A stretch of DNA of 64,000 nucleotides from Octopus sinensis (GCF_006345805.1 NC_043014.1:41974001-42038000); one strand, 5' to 3'. Shown: positions 1-11,407, numbered from the stretch's first letter. Numbers and translations: made by a program. Notes: generated from the letters alone by a model not told the origin.

Positions 1-1080
1 GGTAAGACGCTTGCTGCCCAACCACATGGCTCCGGGTTCAGTCCCACTGCATGAAATACCTATTTCTTTACTACCCACAAGGAGCTAAACACAGAGAGGA
101 CAAACAAGGACAGACAAAGGGATTAAGTCGATTATATCGTACCCCAGTGCGTAACTGGTACTTAATTTATCGACCCCGAAAGGATGAAAGGCAAAGTCGA
201 CCTCGGCGGAATTCGAACTCAGAACATAACGGCAGACGAAATACCTATTTCTTTATTACCCACAAGGGGCTAAACACAGAGAGGACGAACAAGGACAGAC
301 AAAGGGATTAAGTCGATTATATCGACCCCAGTGCGTAACTGGTACTTAATTTATCGACCCCGAAAGGATGAAAGGCAAAGTCGACTTCGGCGGAATTCGA
401 ACTCAGAACATAACGGCAGACGAAATACCTATTTCTTTATTACCCACAAGGGGCTAAACACAGAGAGGACAAACAAGGACAGACAGACGGATTAAGTCGA
501 TTATATCGACCCCAGTGCGTAACTGGTACTTAATTTATCGACCCCGAAAGGATGAAATGCACAGTCGACCTCGGCGGAATTTGAACTCAGAACATAACGG
601 CAGACGAAATACCTATTTCTTTATTACCCACAAGGGGCTAAACACAGAGAGGACAAACAAGGACAGACAAACAGATTAAGTCGATGATATCGACCCCAGT
701 GCGTAACTGGTACTTAATTTATCGACCCCGAAAGGATGAAAGGCAAAGTCGACCTCGGCGGAATTTGAACTCAGAACATAACGGCAGACGAAATACCGCA
801 AAGCATTTCGTCCGGCGTGCTAACGTTTCTGCCAGCTCGCCACTACATGAAATACCTTGGGCAAGTGTCTTCTACTAAAGCCTCGAGCAGACCAAAGCCT
901 TGAGAGTAGATTTCGTGAGCGGAAACTGAAAGAAGCCCGCCGACACAAGTGACCGTTAGAATAAGCACCAGGTTTTAAAAACCTAAGTACTGGGTCGATA
1001 CATTAGACTAAAATTTCTCCAAAGCGATGCCCTAGTATGGTCACATTCTGATGACTGAAATATATGAAAGATAAAAGATA
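1..1080 (+). mobile_element. tRNA-derived CORE-type SINE (family A), split by a nested SINE insertion at 53-841
   Basis: Head ...ggtaagacgcttgctgcccaaccacatggctccgggttcagtcccactgc at 1-50 resumes at 842 with ...ccttgggcaagtgtcttctact... (CCTTGGGCAAGT is typical of the CORE domain) and matches fuller copies at 18774 and 26078. Confidence 0.75.
53..841 (-). mobile_element. tRNA-derived SINE (family B) with its 3' 184 bp tandemly repeated four times
   Basis: GAAATACC recurs at 53, 238, 422, 606 and 790; the head GGCGAGCTGGCAGAAACGTTAGCAC is on the minus strand ending at 841; single-copy versions at 29027 and 42606. Confidence 0.85.
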
Positions 1081-1363
1081 AGCTTTAAAGATGAATGGGT
1101 GTAACCAAAGGAATGTCGAGCAGCTATTTTTTATCTCGTCAAGCGATCATCGATCACGTGATGACTGTTTCTTCTTCCTTCGACGTGGTTGAAGAACCAG
1201 TTCCAACAAGTCTGGTTTCTCAGTACTGGTTGTACTATTCATCCTTTTGATCGCTGAATACAAAACGTGGTTCGCGAGACGCACATTTCGGGTGAGTTTT
1301 CTGAGACACCATCTCACTCTTGTGTGACAATCGATTACAAAGTTACTCATTAACAAGGATATA

Positions 1364-1469
1364 GGCGTAGGTATGGCTGTGTGGTAAGAGGCTTGCTTCC
1401 CAACCACATGGTTCTGTGTTCAGTCCCATTGCGTGGCAACTTGGACAGAATTCTTCTACTATGACCTCT
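1364..1469 (+). mobile_element. SINE family A head fragment
   Basis: ggcgtaggtatggctgtgtggtaagaggcttgcttcccaaccacatggttctgtgttcagtccc matches the other family A heads. Confidence 0.7.
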
Positions 1470-2001
1470 GATCAATCTCTCATCAACTTCTTCAAGTATC
1501 ACTTGAAAAGGAAAGTGAGAGTAGAGAGGCAATTTTTGTCTAGTGAATGTTTTAAAAAAAGATGGGTGAATGTAGCAAGGATGGCACGTATGAATGACGA
1601 AGCCACCTTGACTATGATCCTATGAACCGTAACAATTAATTAGTTGCTTATTTGTAGAAAAAAATATAACATGAGACTTCATTGACCGAGGTTACTGTGG
1701 TCATTTCCGTAGGCTTTTCTTTCCACGGGTAAACCTCACCTGTCTTCCCATTTACACTTTATATTGACATTTCTGTGATAACGATTCCTATTGATCGATT
1801 TTTTCGTTTTCGTTTTCTTTTTTCTTTTTATTTTATCTTATTTTATTATATTTTTTTTCTTTGCTTTCCTCTTTCTTTCCATTTACGATCCCTTTTGATC
1901 GGAAACCAACCCATGTTATTTTTTTATCCCCAAAAAGAAAAGCTCTACCTTATAATTTGTCCCATCTGTGTGCATCCCTGTGTGGCTAATAAAGAAACAT
2001 G

Positions 2002-2073
<72 letters not shown>

Positions 2074-2079
2074 CCTGTG

Positions 2080-2151
<72 letters not shown>

Positions 2152-2152
2152 C

Positions 2153-2191
<39 letters not shown>

Positions 2192-2250
2192 CATCTATCT
2201 ATCTATCTTCTTATCTATCTATCCATCTAACTATCTAAATATCTATCTAT
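2002..2250 (+). repeat. (ATCT)n microsatellite
   Basis: Direct reading; source of the YLSI-repeat ORFs. Confidence 0.95.
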
Positions 2251-2642
2251 CTGTCTACAAGTCTATCTATATATCTATCCACCTGTCTGTCTGTCAGTCT
2301 ATTTATCTGTATGTCTGTCTGTCTGTCTATCTAACTAGCTAGCTTGCTTGCTACATACGAAGGTATCAGCTTGTAAAGTTTGCTCATGTATGAAGGATCA
2401 GGTGATATGAAAATGCGTTTACGTTATGTAGTTTACTAAGAGTCTCATATAGCAAAGAGAGAGGAGAGAGAGAGACAGAGAGAGACAGAGAAAAAAGAGA
2501 GACAAAGAGAAAGGAAGAGAGAAAGATGGGGGAAGAAAGAGAAAAAGAGATGAGAAGAGAGAGAGGGGGAAGGAGATGGACAGTCGATCCATCATATTAT
2601 ATATAATATATCTATATATATTATATATATATATATATATAT

Positions 2643-2920
<278 letters not shown>

Positions 2921-3382
2921 TTTTTATTTTCCCCTCACGGGCTACTTTTTACTGGAAGGCGATACTTTGTATTGCATTACTGATATTTTGAAACTTCTTC
3001 ACCGTTTCTCGTACTGTTAGCGTTCCGCATTTCAGTCGAGTGTGATAGTATTAATGTGGTAACATCGTAGATTTCGTCTTGGTATATGCTTGGCTGATGA
3101 AGGTAAAGCAAAATATGGGTGAGAGACATATCTTGTAAAATCTGAAACCTGCAGGTCCCACATTGTCCTTTTCCGGGTGTTTCATCTTTCAAATGTTCTC
3201 CCTGGAGGTAAGACTTTTTTTTTACTCTAGTTTGTTGCACACACGCATTTTGCTAATACATACGCGGTGAAGCTACACATTAGCGTCGTATTTTTACGTT
3301 CGCTATTTCCAGTAAATATCGGTACTTAGTTGTGCCATTTATTTACTATTTATATATATATATATATATCTATATATATATA

Positions 3383-3471
<89 letters not shown>

Positions 3472-3559
3472 TGTGTATATATATATGTGTGTGTGTGTAT
3501 AATATATATGTGTGTGTGTGTATGTGTTGTGTATGTATGTATATATAGTATGTATATGT

Positions 3560-3590
<31 letters not shown>

Positions 3591-3723
3591 ATATATGTGT
3601 GTGTATATATATATAATGTGTGGTGTGTGTGTATATATATATGTGTGGATGTATGTATATATATGTATGTATGTATATATATATATATATATATGTATAA
3701 TATATATATATATATATATTTAT

Positions 3724-4414
3724 AAATAATCTGTATTTTTGTTATTTTTTATTTGCCCTGTTCGTGTGAGCTAACAATCGTACTGACTTTCATGGGAAAC
3801 ATGTATTTTTGTGGTTGAAACCTTTTGGATTTACTAGTGCTAGAGTGAGCCACATAGTGACCACTCTCTTATATTTATTTTTGTATAAAATATTATAATA
3901 TATTATAAAATATTATAATAATCCAGTTTCTTGGAGCACTGGGCCACTTGGTGTTGAATAGGTATACTATTAAATTAGTATCTAATTCTCTCACCCTTAT
4001 TAATTAAATAATTATGCTACATTTATTTCTAAATGTAGTATTTGTTTGCGTGAAAGTTTGGCGCGCTGTTGGTAGGGGCATTTGAATTATAACGTCGGAT
4101 GTAATCAATTGAACCACACGTGTATTTATCGTTATGGTAAAATCTGGCGTGTGATTGAGTGGATTTCATCCAGATAGTTTTGGCTGAGGAGCTTCAAGTG
4201 AGTTCTTTGTGAGTAAAATTACATTTAATTCATTAATAGCGAAACAATTGTCCCAAAATAATCTGTATTTTTGTTATTTTTTATTTGCCCTGTTCGTGTG
4301 AGCTAACAATCGTACTGACTTTCATGGGAAACATGTATTTTTGTGGTTGAAACCTTTTGGATTTACTAGTGCTAGAGTGAGCCACATAGTGACCACTCTC
4401 TTATATTTATTTTT
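3724..4414 (+). mobile_element. Retrozyme-like or Penelope pLTR element: about 1.3 copies of a 532-bp unit, between TA-rich microsatellites
   Basis: 159-bp direct repeat at 3724-3882 and 4256-4414 (offset 532), with a hammerhead immediately upstream of the second repeat. Confidence 0.7.
4171..4265 (+). ncRNA. Type I hammerhead ribozyme, fully canonical core
   Basis: Helix I TTTTGG(4178-83)/CCAAAA(4253-58), extended by CAGAT/ATCTG; core CTGAGGA 4184-90; helix II GCT/AGC + AGTGAGTT/AATTCATT + TGTGA/TTACA; GAAA 4241-44; palindromic helix III ACAATTGT; GTC cleavage triplet (cut after 4252). Confidence 0.85.
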
Positions 4415-4570
4415 ATATATATATACTGAATATATATGTATATATGCATGCATACATACATATGTAGAAGCGCATACATACAAATACATGTTTATAGATA
4501 AGTGTGTGTGTGTGTGAAAATATATGTGTGTGCGTGTGTGTGTGTTTATGTATGTATGTATGTATGTAGC

Positions 4571-4613
4571 GAGAAAGGGGAAGAAGGAGGGGAAGGATGG
4601 AGGAAGAAAGAAA

Positions 4614-4650
<37 letters not shown>

Positions 4651-4722
4651 GAAGAAAGGAAGAAAGAAAAAGAAAGGAAGGAAAAAAAAAGAGAGGAAGA
4701 AAGAAAGAAAGGAAGGAAGAAA

Positions 4723-4756
<34 letters not shown>

Positions 4757-4790
4757 AATAAAGAAAAAAGAGAGAAAGAAAGAAACGATT
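4571..4790 (+). repeat. (AAAG/GGAA)n purine microsatellite
   Basis: Direct reading. Confidence 0.9.
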
Positions 4791-6024
4791 AAGTGAAAGC
4801 ACATACGTAAGACACTGAATGAAATACAGAGAAAGGATGAATATAAAACGAAAATAAATGAACAACAAACAAACTTATAAATGAAAGAAGAAAGGCAGGA
4901 AGGAAGGAATGAAAGAAGAAACGAATATGAAAAGATAGTAAAGGAAGAAAAGAGAATGAAGAATGTCGAGAGAAACGAATAAGATATCGAAACAATTTTT
5001 CCGCCATTGAATGAAGCTGCCGTAGCATGGAGGTCTGTAAATGAAGTTAACAGTGACATGTTTGTTACCATGGGGTAGGATTCAATGATGGTATTAAGTG
5101 TCAAGATATAACATTAGGTAGCCAGAAGATGGAAGGGATGGTGGTGGTGGTGGTGGTGATAGCAATGGTGGTGCTGGTGCTGGTGGTGATACTTGGTAGG
5201 TAATGGAGGATGGTAAACAGTTAAGAGATCACTAAACAATGAACTTAAAACCCTTAGAATTTCTTTTTCCAAGAATATGTAAATATATGTAAATATTATA
5301 TTGCTGAGTGGGGTTGGGGTGTCATTTGATATAATGAAGCAGAAGGGAATAAATGGTGCTTAGTTACTTAAAATTACACCCGTAATGAAGAAGAAAATAA
5401 TTAATTTTACTGATTAATTATTGTCAAAAAATTCAAGGAAGACAATTCCGAAATCAAAATCAATTATAAATTGAATGAGGACATGCAGTGGAAGTTGAGT
5501 CTCAGTGTATCTTTTGTGTTTTTCTTTTGTCGTTTTTAATCATTCGACTGCGGCCATGCTGGAGTACCGTCTTGAAAGGCTTTTGTCGGACGAATCTCCC
5601 TTAGTACTTATTTTGTCGGATGTCTTTTGTCGAACCGCTAGGTCAAGGGACGTAAACAAACCAATTGCAGCTGTCAAATGGTTTGTACGTGTGTATGTGT
5701 GTGTGTGGGGGGGAAGAAACATGAACACAAAGACACGCATACATCGATATAAACATATACACACATATCTAGACATACATGCACGCATGCGCATACACAC
5801 TTGCACACACATACATACACATGCATAACACGCATCTACTCCCATCATCGCTTGACAACTGATGTTGATGTGTTTACCTAGCTGCAACCTAGAGGTTCGG
5901 CAAAAGAAACCGATCGAATAAGTACTATATTTACAAGGGATAAGTCCTGGGTCCGATTTGTTGCTAAGGTGGTGCTCCAGCATGGCCGCAGTCAAGCAAC
6001 TGAAAAAAATAGAAGAATATAAGA

Positions 6025-6111
<87 letters not shown>

Positions 6112-6113
<2 letters not shown>

Positions 6114-6279
6114 ACTACACATTCTTTATTTTCTCTCCTGTTTCTTTCTGTGCTCCTTTCTGTGGAAGAGTGTAGGCTCGAAACGTTAAAGACGTTTTCA
6201 CTTCCCGAGCGTTATACTAATACATCTGTTCGTTGTTAACGCCACCTGCTTTCATCTTTTGTTCTTTTGTGAATTCCCC

Positions 6280-6280
<1 letters not shown>
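6112..6280 (+). mobile_element. Short hammerhead-like element (same family as ~33426-33606 and ~40707-40897)
   Basis: Three similar ~170-190 bp copies sharing ...gaagag(c/t)gtaggctcgaaacgt...gagcgttatactaatacatctg..., each followed by microsatellite. Confidence 0.75.
6156..6191 (+). ncRNA. Minimal hammerhead-like motif with non-canonical core (A6 replaced by U)
   Basis: CTTT CTGTGGA A GAGT-GTAG-GCTC GAA ACGT T AAAG: helix I CTTT/AAAG, 4-bp helix II, palindromic ACGT helix III. Confidence 0.5.
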
Positions 6281-6354
<74 letters not shown>

Positions 6355-7020
6355 TATATATATATACATAATATGTATATATAGAAGTGTGTGTGTGTGT
6401 GTGTACACGGTATTATATATATATATATATATATACACGCACGCGCACAGGCATGGCGAGCTTCTTTCAGTGTACGTCTAACAAATCCCCGTAGAAACTT
6501 TTGTCGGTCCGGAGTGATAGTAGAAGACATTGTCATGGGACTGGACTAGGAACTGTGAGAGCTGAGAAGTAAAATTCTTATCAAGCAGCCATGTATATTT
6601 GTGTGTATGTGTGCTTGTATGTGTGTATATATGTGTGTGTGTGTTTGTGCATATGTATATGTGTATTTGCATGTGTGTGTGTGAGTGTGTTAATGATAAG
6701 TAGAACACAAAATTAATGTCGTACTACTTGCTATCCTTATTCGACTCTTTTGTACCACCATCTGGTGCCATAAATAGCAGGAAGAGAGCCGTAATTTTAC
6801 CAATAAACTGCTTTCCGTTGAGTTAAAATATATGCTTTAGATAAACTTGCTGTTTGCGATGCATGTACAGAATTACTGAAAATATTTCCCTGATATGCAC
6901 AACTGAGCTCAAATCCTGTATTGTGCAATACGTTTTGGGTAAGGAAGGCGTTTTAACTACATCCAGCCGTCACTTGCGAGTGAGTGTGATTTGGTAGTAT
7001 GTAGTAGGCTTATATGGAAA

Positions 7021-7302
7021 CACATGGCCTAGTGGTTAGAGCAGCGGACTCGTGGTCGAGGGATCGCGGGTTCGAATCTCAGACCGGGCTATGTGTGTGT
7101 TTGTGAGCGAAACACGGCTCCGGCAGAAGGTAATGGCGAACTTCTACTGACTCTTTCGCCACAATTTTCTCTCACTCTTTCCTCCTGCATCTTGCAGCTC
7201 ACCTGCGACGGACCGGCGTCCCGTTCAGGTGAGGAGCCTCTACGCCAAGGAAACCGGGAAACCGGCCCTTATTAGCCACGCATGGCTCGAGAAGGAACAA
7301 AC
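7021..7302 (+). mobile_element. tRNA-derived SINE (family C head, tail type 3)
   Basis: A box TGGCCTAGTGG and B box GGTTCGAATCT; central ctccggcag...actctttcgccacaa module shared with 35730 and 60592. Confidence 0.75.
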
Positions 7303-7730
7303 AGTAGGCTTATACTAATTGCTTTAGATTCTAAAGTAATCCTTTGCAGTCGTAGACATATTATGGGGCCACTCACACTTGAGGCAGAGGACAAAAAACT
7401 CGACAGGTGGCGGGAAAGAGAGAGAGAGAAATGGAGGGAGATTGAGATGCGCGAGTTGGTTCTAATCGCAGTTGAGTAAATTAGTGCGAAGTGAAGTTCC
7501 TTGCTTAAGGATACAGTGTGTCACACGGTATAGGATTCGCACCCACGATCGTTTTGAGAATTAACCACACACTCTAACCTCAAGGCCACACGCGTTTATA
7601 AGGGGAGCGTAGTCGAATATTAAAACAATGTTGCATTTATTTTCATTTCTTTGCTGTGCACCGGTGTCTCGAATAGAAAACAGCAAAGTGAATCCGATTA
7701 GATAGTAGACCAGTTATTAATGGTACCTAC

Positions 7731-8116
7731 TACGGCACTCCATCGGTTACGACGACGAAGGTTCCTGTTGATACGATCAACGGAACAGCTTGCTCGTGAA
7801 ATTAACGTGCAAGTGGCTGAGCATTCCACAGAAGCGTGTACCATTAACGTAGTTCTCGGGGATATTCAGCGCGGTACACAGAGTGTGAAAAGGCTGGTCC
7901 TTCGAAATAGAGGTACAACAGAAACAAGAAGAACGAGTGAAAGAAAGTTGTGGTGAAAGAGTACAGCAGGGTTCACCACCACCCCGCTGCCGGATCTTCG
8001 TGGAGCTTTAGATGTTACCGGTCAATAAACACTCACAACACCCACTCTGGGAATCGAAACCGCGATCCTATGACCGGGAGTCCGCTGCTCTAACCACCGC
8101 GCCATTGCGCTTCCAC
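7731..8116 (-). mobile_element. tRNA-derived SINE (family C, tail type 1) with TSD
   Basis: Reverse-complement match to 35730-36119; TSD ta(a/g)tggtacctac at 7718-7730 and 8117-8129. Confidence 0.85.
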
Positions 8117-8773
8117 TAGTGGTACCTACACTATTACGAATGTGCATTTCAGCAGAATCACTTGACTTTTTTGTTTTGCAACTGTTTGTTTGTTCGTTTT
8201 TTTTTTTCGTTCTGTTTTTTTTTTTTTTTTCGTTTCTTGTTTTGCTGAATTGGGTGTCTGAAGGAATGTCTTCAGGTTGTGGCAGTTTCGATGTTCTTGT
8301 TGTTATGGTTTAACTTTGGGTCAACTCAGTTACTCACACATACTTTTACAGTCGCATAGATACACACACATATCATTTGTTCACAGTATATCTGGTTGTG
8401 CAGGGGTTGATTGTATGTATGTATGCATGTATGTGTGTATATGTATGTATGTATGTTATGAATGTATGTAAGCATGTTATGTATGTATGCTTGTATGAAT
8501 GTATATGCATGTATGTGTGCTTATGTATGTGCGTAAGTATGTTAGGTATGTATATACGCATGTATGTATGTATGTGTATCTGTGCATATGTATGTATGTG
8601 TGTCAGTATGTTAGGTGTTATGTATGCATGTATGTATATGTATGTGTCCATGTGCATGTGTGCATACAGGCATGTGTGTTTGTGTGAATACGTATGTATT
8701 TGAGCATGCATGTAGGTATGCATGTATGTATGTGTATTCATACATATATGTATGCATATATCCATGTATGTAC

Positions 8774-8817
<44 letters not shown>

Positions 8818-8821
<4 letters not shown>

Positions 8822-9043
8822 ACAATCAAGGAACGGCCATAATAGGCCATTCACCCACTAGAAATAACAGCCAAAGCTTCAACCGCAAATAAAGATTAAT
8901 TCCGTAAACAGGAGAAAATTTAAAAAACATTTACCCTGTAAATTTTCTCCTGTTTACGGAATTAATCTTTGTTTGCGGTTGAAGCTTTGGCTGTTATTTC
9001 TAGTGGGTGAATGGCCTATTATGGCCGTTCCTTGATTGTTGAT
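8818..9043. repeat. 226-bp near-perfect foldback (two 105-bp arms, 16-nt loop)
   Basis: 8818-8922 is the reverse complement of 8939-9043 with a single difference. Confidence 0.95.
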
Positions 9044-9715
9044 GTTGAACTTAAAAATGGTCTATGACTATTTAATTTTTTCCCACTGGGCCGCTGGTGG
9101 CAAAAAGAATTCTACAAAATTTTTCTTGCCACCCTATATTGATTAATTATATATATATATATGTATATGTATTATATATATATATCCATGTATGTATACA
9201 TATATGTATGCATGTATCAATATATGCATGTGTGTATGTATGTATGTATGTATATATGTATACAAGTATTTATACATGTCTGTATGAATGCATATATGTG
9301 AGTGTATGTGTGTAGTTGTCTCATTAATGACGAGTGTTAGATTGAATGTGTGTTTAGGTGGCGGTAAGGAACGAGATTAGTATGACCCATAACAGCAGCA
9401 GCAGCAGCACTACCTGAAACTTAATGAATAATAAGAATTAATTAAGATTAATGCTGACGGTTACTCCAGCAGCAATATAATTAACAACAACAACACAACA
9501 ACAACAACACAACAACAACAACAATAACAACAACGGCAACAACGGTTAGGTCGACTGTGACAACGGCGTGCATTATTCCTACAATACAAAACATAATAAA
9601 AAGTTGGCTGAAATTGGTTGACCAGAAGGCCTTGAGCAGAGCTGTCGCTCAAAGTATCAGACAATGGCTCGAGAAAAAAGGATTTAAAGTTAAGATCAGT
9701 GGCTTAAAAAGTAGA

Positions 9716-10002
9716 TGATGATGATGATGACGATGATGATAACGATGATGACGATTATCATGATCATGATGGTGATGATGATGATGGTGATGGTGATGAT
9801 GATGATGATGATGGTGATCATTATCATGATGATGATCATGATGATGATGGTGATGATCATGATGGTGATGGTGAAGATGGTGATGATGATGATGACGGTG
9901 GTGGTGGTAGTGAAGATGATGATGATGATGATGATGATAGTGGTGGTGGTGGTGGTTTGTGGTGAAGATGATGATGATGACGACGACGACGACGACGGCG
10001 AC

Positions 10003-10033
<31 letters not shown>
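9716..10033 (+). repeat. (GAT/GGT)n trinucleotide tract
   Basis: Direct reading; source of the poly-M, poly-D and poly-H ORFs. Confidence 0.9.
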
Positions 10034-10034
<1 letters not shown>

Positions 10035-10221
10035 GAAGGAGGAGGAGGTCACTCAATGTGAAGCATTCACAAAAATATCGATTGTTGTCGTTTAACCGTA
10101 GCCAATTTTGGTGGAAAATAATGCAACTACGCCGATTCCAAATAAGGAACAGACGAAAACTGGTCTGGAACAAACAAACCAAAACTACCACTACCATATA
10201 TGTACATTATGTATGGCAGAA

Positions 10222-10267
<46 letters not shown>

Positions 10268-10279
10268 TATATATATATA

Positions 10280-10552
10280 ATCCTCATGACATCACATGAG
10301 CCAGGGGTCCTCCTGAACTCCAGGACGGAAGCTGTGGGAATTGTCCACATTTTTGTAAATTTTTACTTAAAAATTGGAAAACCTAGCTATCAAGCGTAGG
10401 AAGACAACTTGCCTGGCCATAATTTTTAAAGAGAAATATTTCTTAAACGATCACCAGCGTTATTGTGTTTTTAAAAAAAGAAATTATTTGCAGAGAACAG
10501 TTATCGTTTAGAGAAACTGAAGATATGTCTAGTTCACGCTAGATATGAAACC

Positions 10553-10560
<8 letters not shown>
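10280..10560 (+). mobile_element. 5'-truncated Penelope-like retroelement: end of the GIY-YIG coding region plus pLTR with hammerhead
   Basis: 10280-10387 translates ILMTSHEPGVLLNSRTEAVG /frameshift/ NCPHFCKFLLKNWKT*, resembling the LLNxRxE...CxH..KFLL C-terminus I recall for Penelope-like ORFs; a hammerhead follows at 10515. Confidence 0.7.
10515..10560 (+). ncRNA. Type I hammerhead ribozyme motif, canonical core, helix I truncated
   Basis: CTGAAGA(10517-23) T ATGTCTAG-TTCACG-CTAGATAT (8-bp helix II) GAA AC-CAAT-GT T; helix I is only AA/TT before (TA)n begins at 10561. Confidence 0.7.
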
Positions 10561-10585
<25 letters not shown>

Positions 10586-11407
10586 ACGGCAGTTTGTCTG
10601 TCTGGATGTCTGTGTGTCTGTCAGGTTGTACCCTGACCCTGACCACGGCTTTCAACCGATTCTGATGAAACTTGACACACACACAGCCCAATGTCATAAT
10701 TCAAAACTAACGCAGCGAAAATTTTGAAAAGTTCCCCCAGTTCTGAAAAAAATTGATAAATTCGGCATGGGGTCGGGAATCTAAGCTTCTTATATGCAAC
10801 ACATTTTCTGTTGTAGTTTTCGCACTTGCAATCGATTTTCACCAAACTCATGGTGAAGCTTAATGTTACCCTAAGAAACTTAATTCTGCCGTTAGTTTTC
10901 CATGCAACAACTTACCATCAGAAAAAATCGATAAAATCATGCCATTTTGGGAAATCGCGTTCAAATTCAAGATGACATATTCTCAACAATATCTTTCACA
11001 AATTGGCAGGAATTTTTTTAAAAATTCACAGCGAGCATCATGTCTGCTCCAAGGAGCTATATGGCCCTTTTTATTCCAATAGGATACTTTATTACTGGAA
11101 AACATCGGTTGATTAAATCATATGTGGCACACATAGCAAACCGATTTGTGTATTAAACACAAACCACAGACTGTCTAGGGGACGCAACTCGGCCTTTTTA
11201 ACTCTCTTGGGAGGCGCAATGATGTTTTCATGTTTTCGCCCAAAGGGACAGCTAGGAACATCGCATACACAGAAGTATTCGAGTGAAGAGAAGACATGCA
11301 ACCTACACATGCGCCTTCGTTCCCTAGGGGGAAAGGACTAGATTGGGATTAGTCGTTGCCTACTAGGGGCTCTTACATACCCGGGCAACGCCGGGCTATG
11401 CTGCTAG
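10561..11407 (+). mobile_element. Non-autonomous Helitron-like element (long form)
   Basis: 5' part matches the 29431 copy; 3' end has hairpin CCCGGGCAACGCCGGG (11380-95), 8 nt, then CTAG followed by T. Confidence 0.75.

Noticed and set aside
1147-1253. Possible minus-strand terminal exon (IKRMNSTTSTEKPDLLELVLQPRRRKKKQSSRDR*) after a ttttgtattcAG acceptor
   Set aside because: Short, no recognisable homology and no supporting neighbouring exons; cannot be told from chance.
2977-3240. 87-aa minus-strand ORF with a faint transposase-like IYQDEI segment and splice-like signals on both strands
   Set aside because: No diagnostic catalytic motif or terminal repeats; resemblance too weak.
7021-8116. 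tRNA-like heads of SINE families C and D as possible tRNA genes
   Set aside because: They lack a closed acceptor stem and run into SINE bodies with tails and TSDs.
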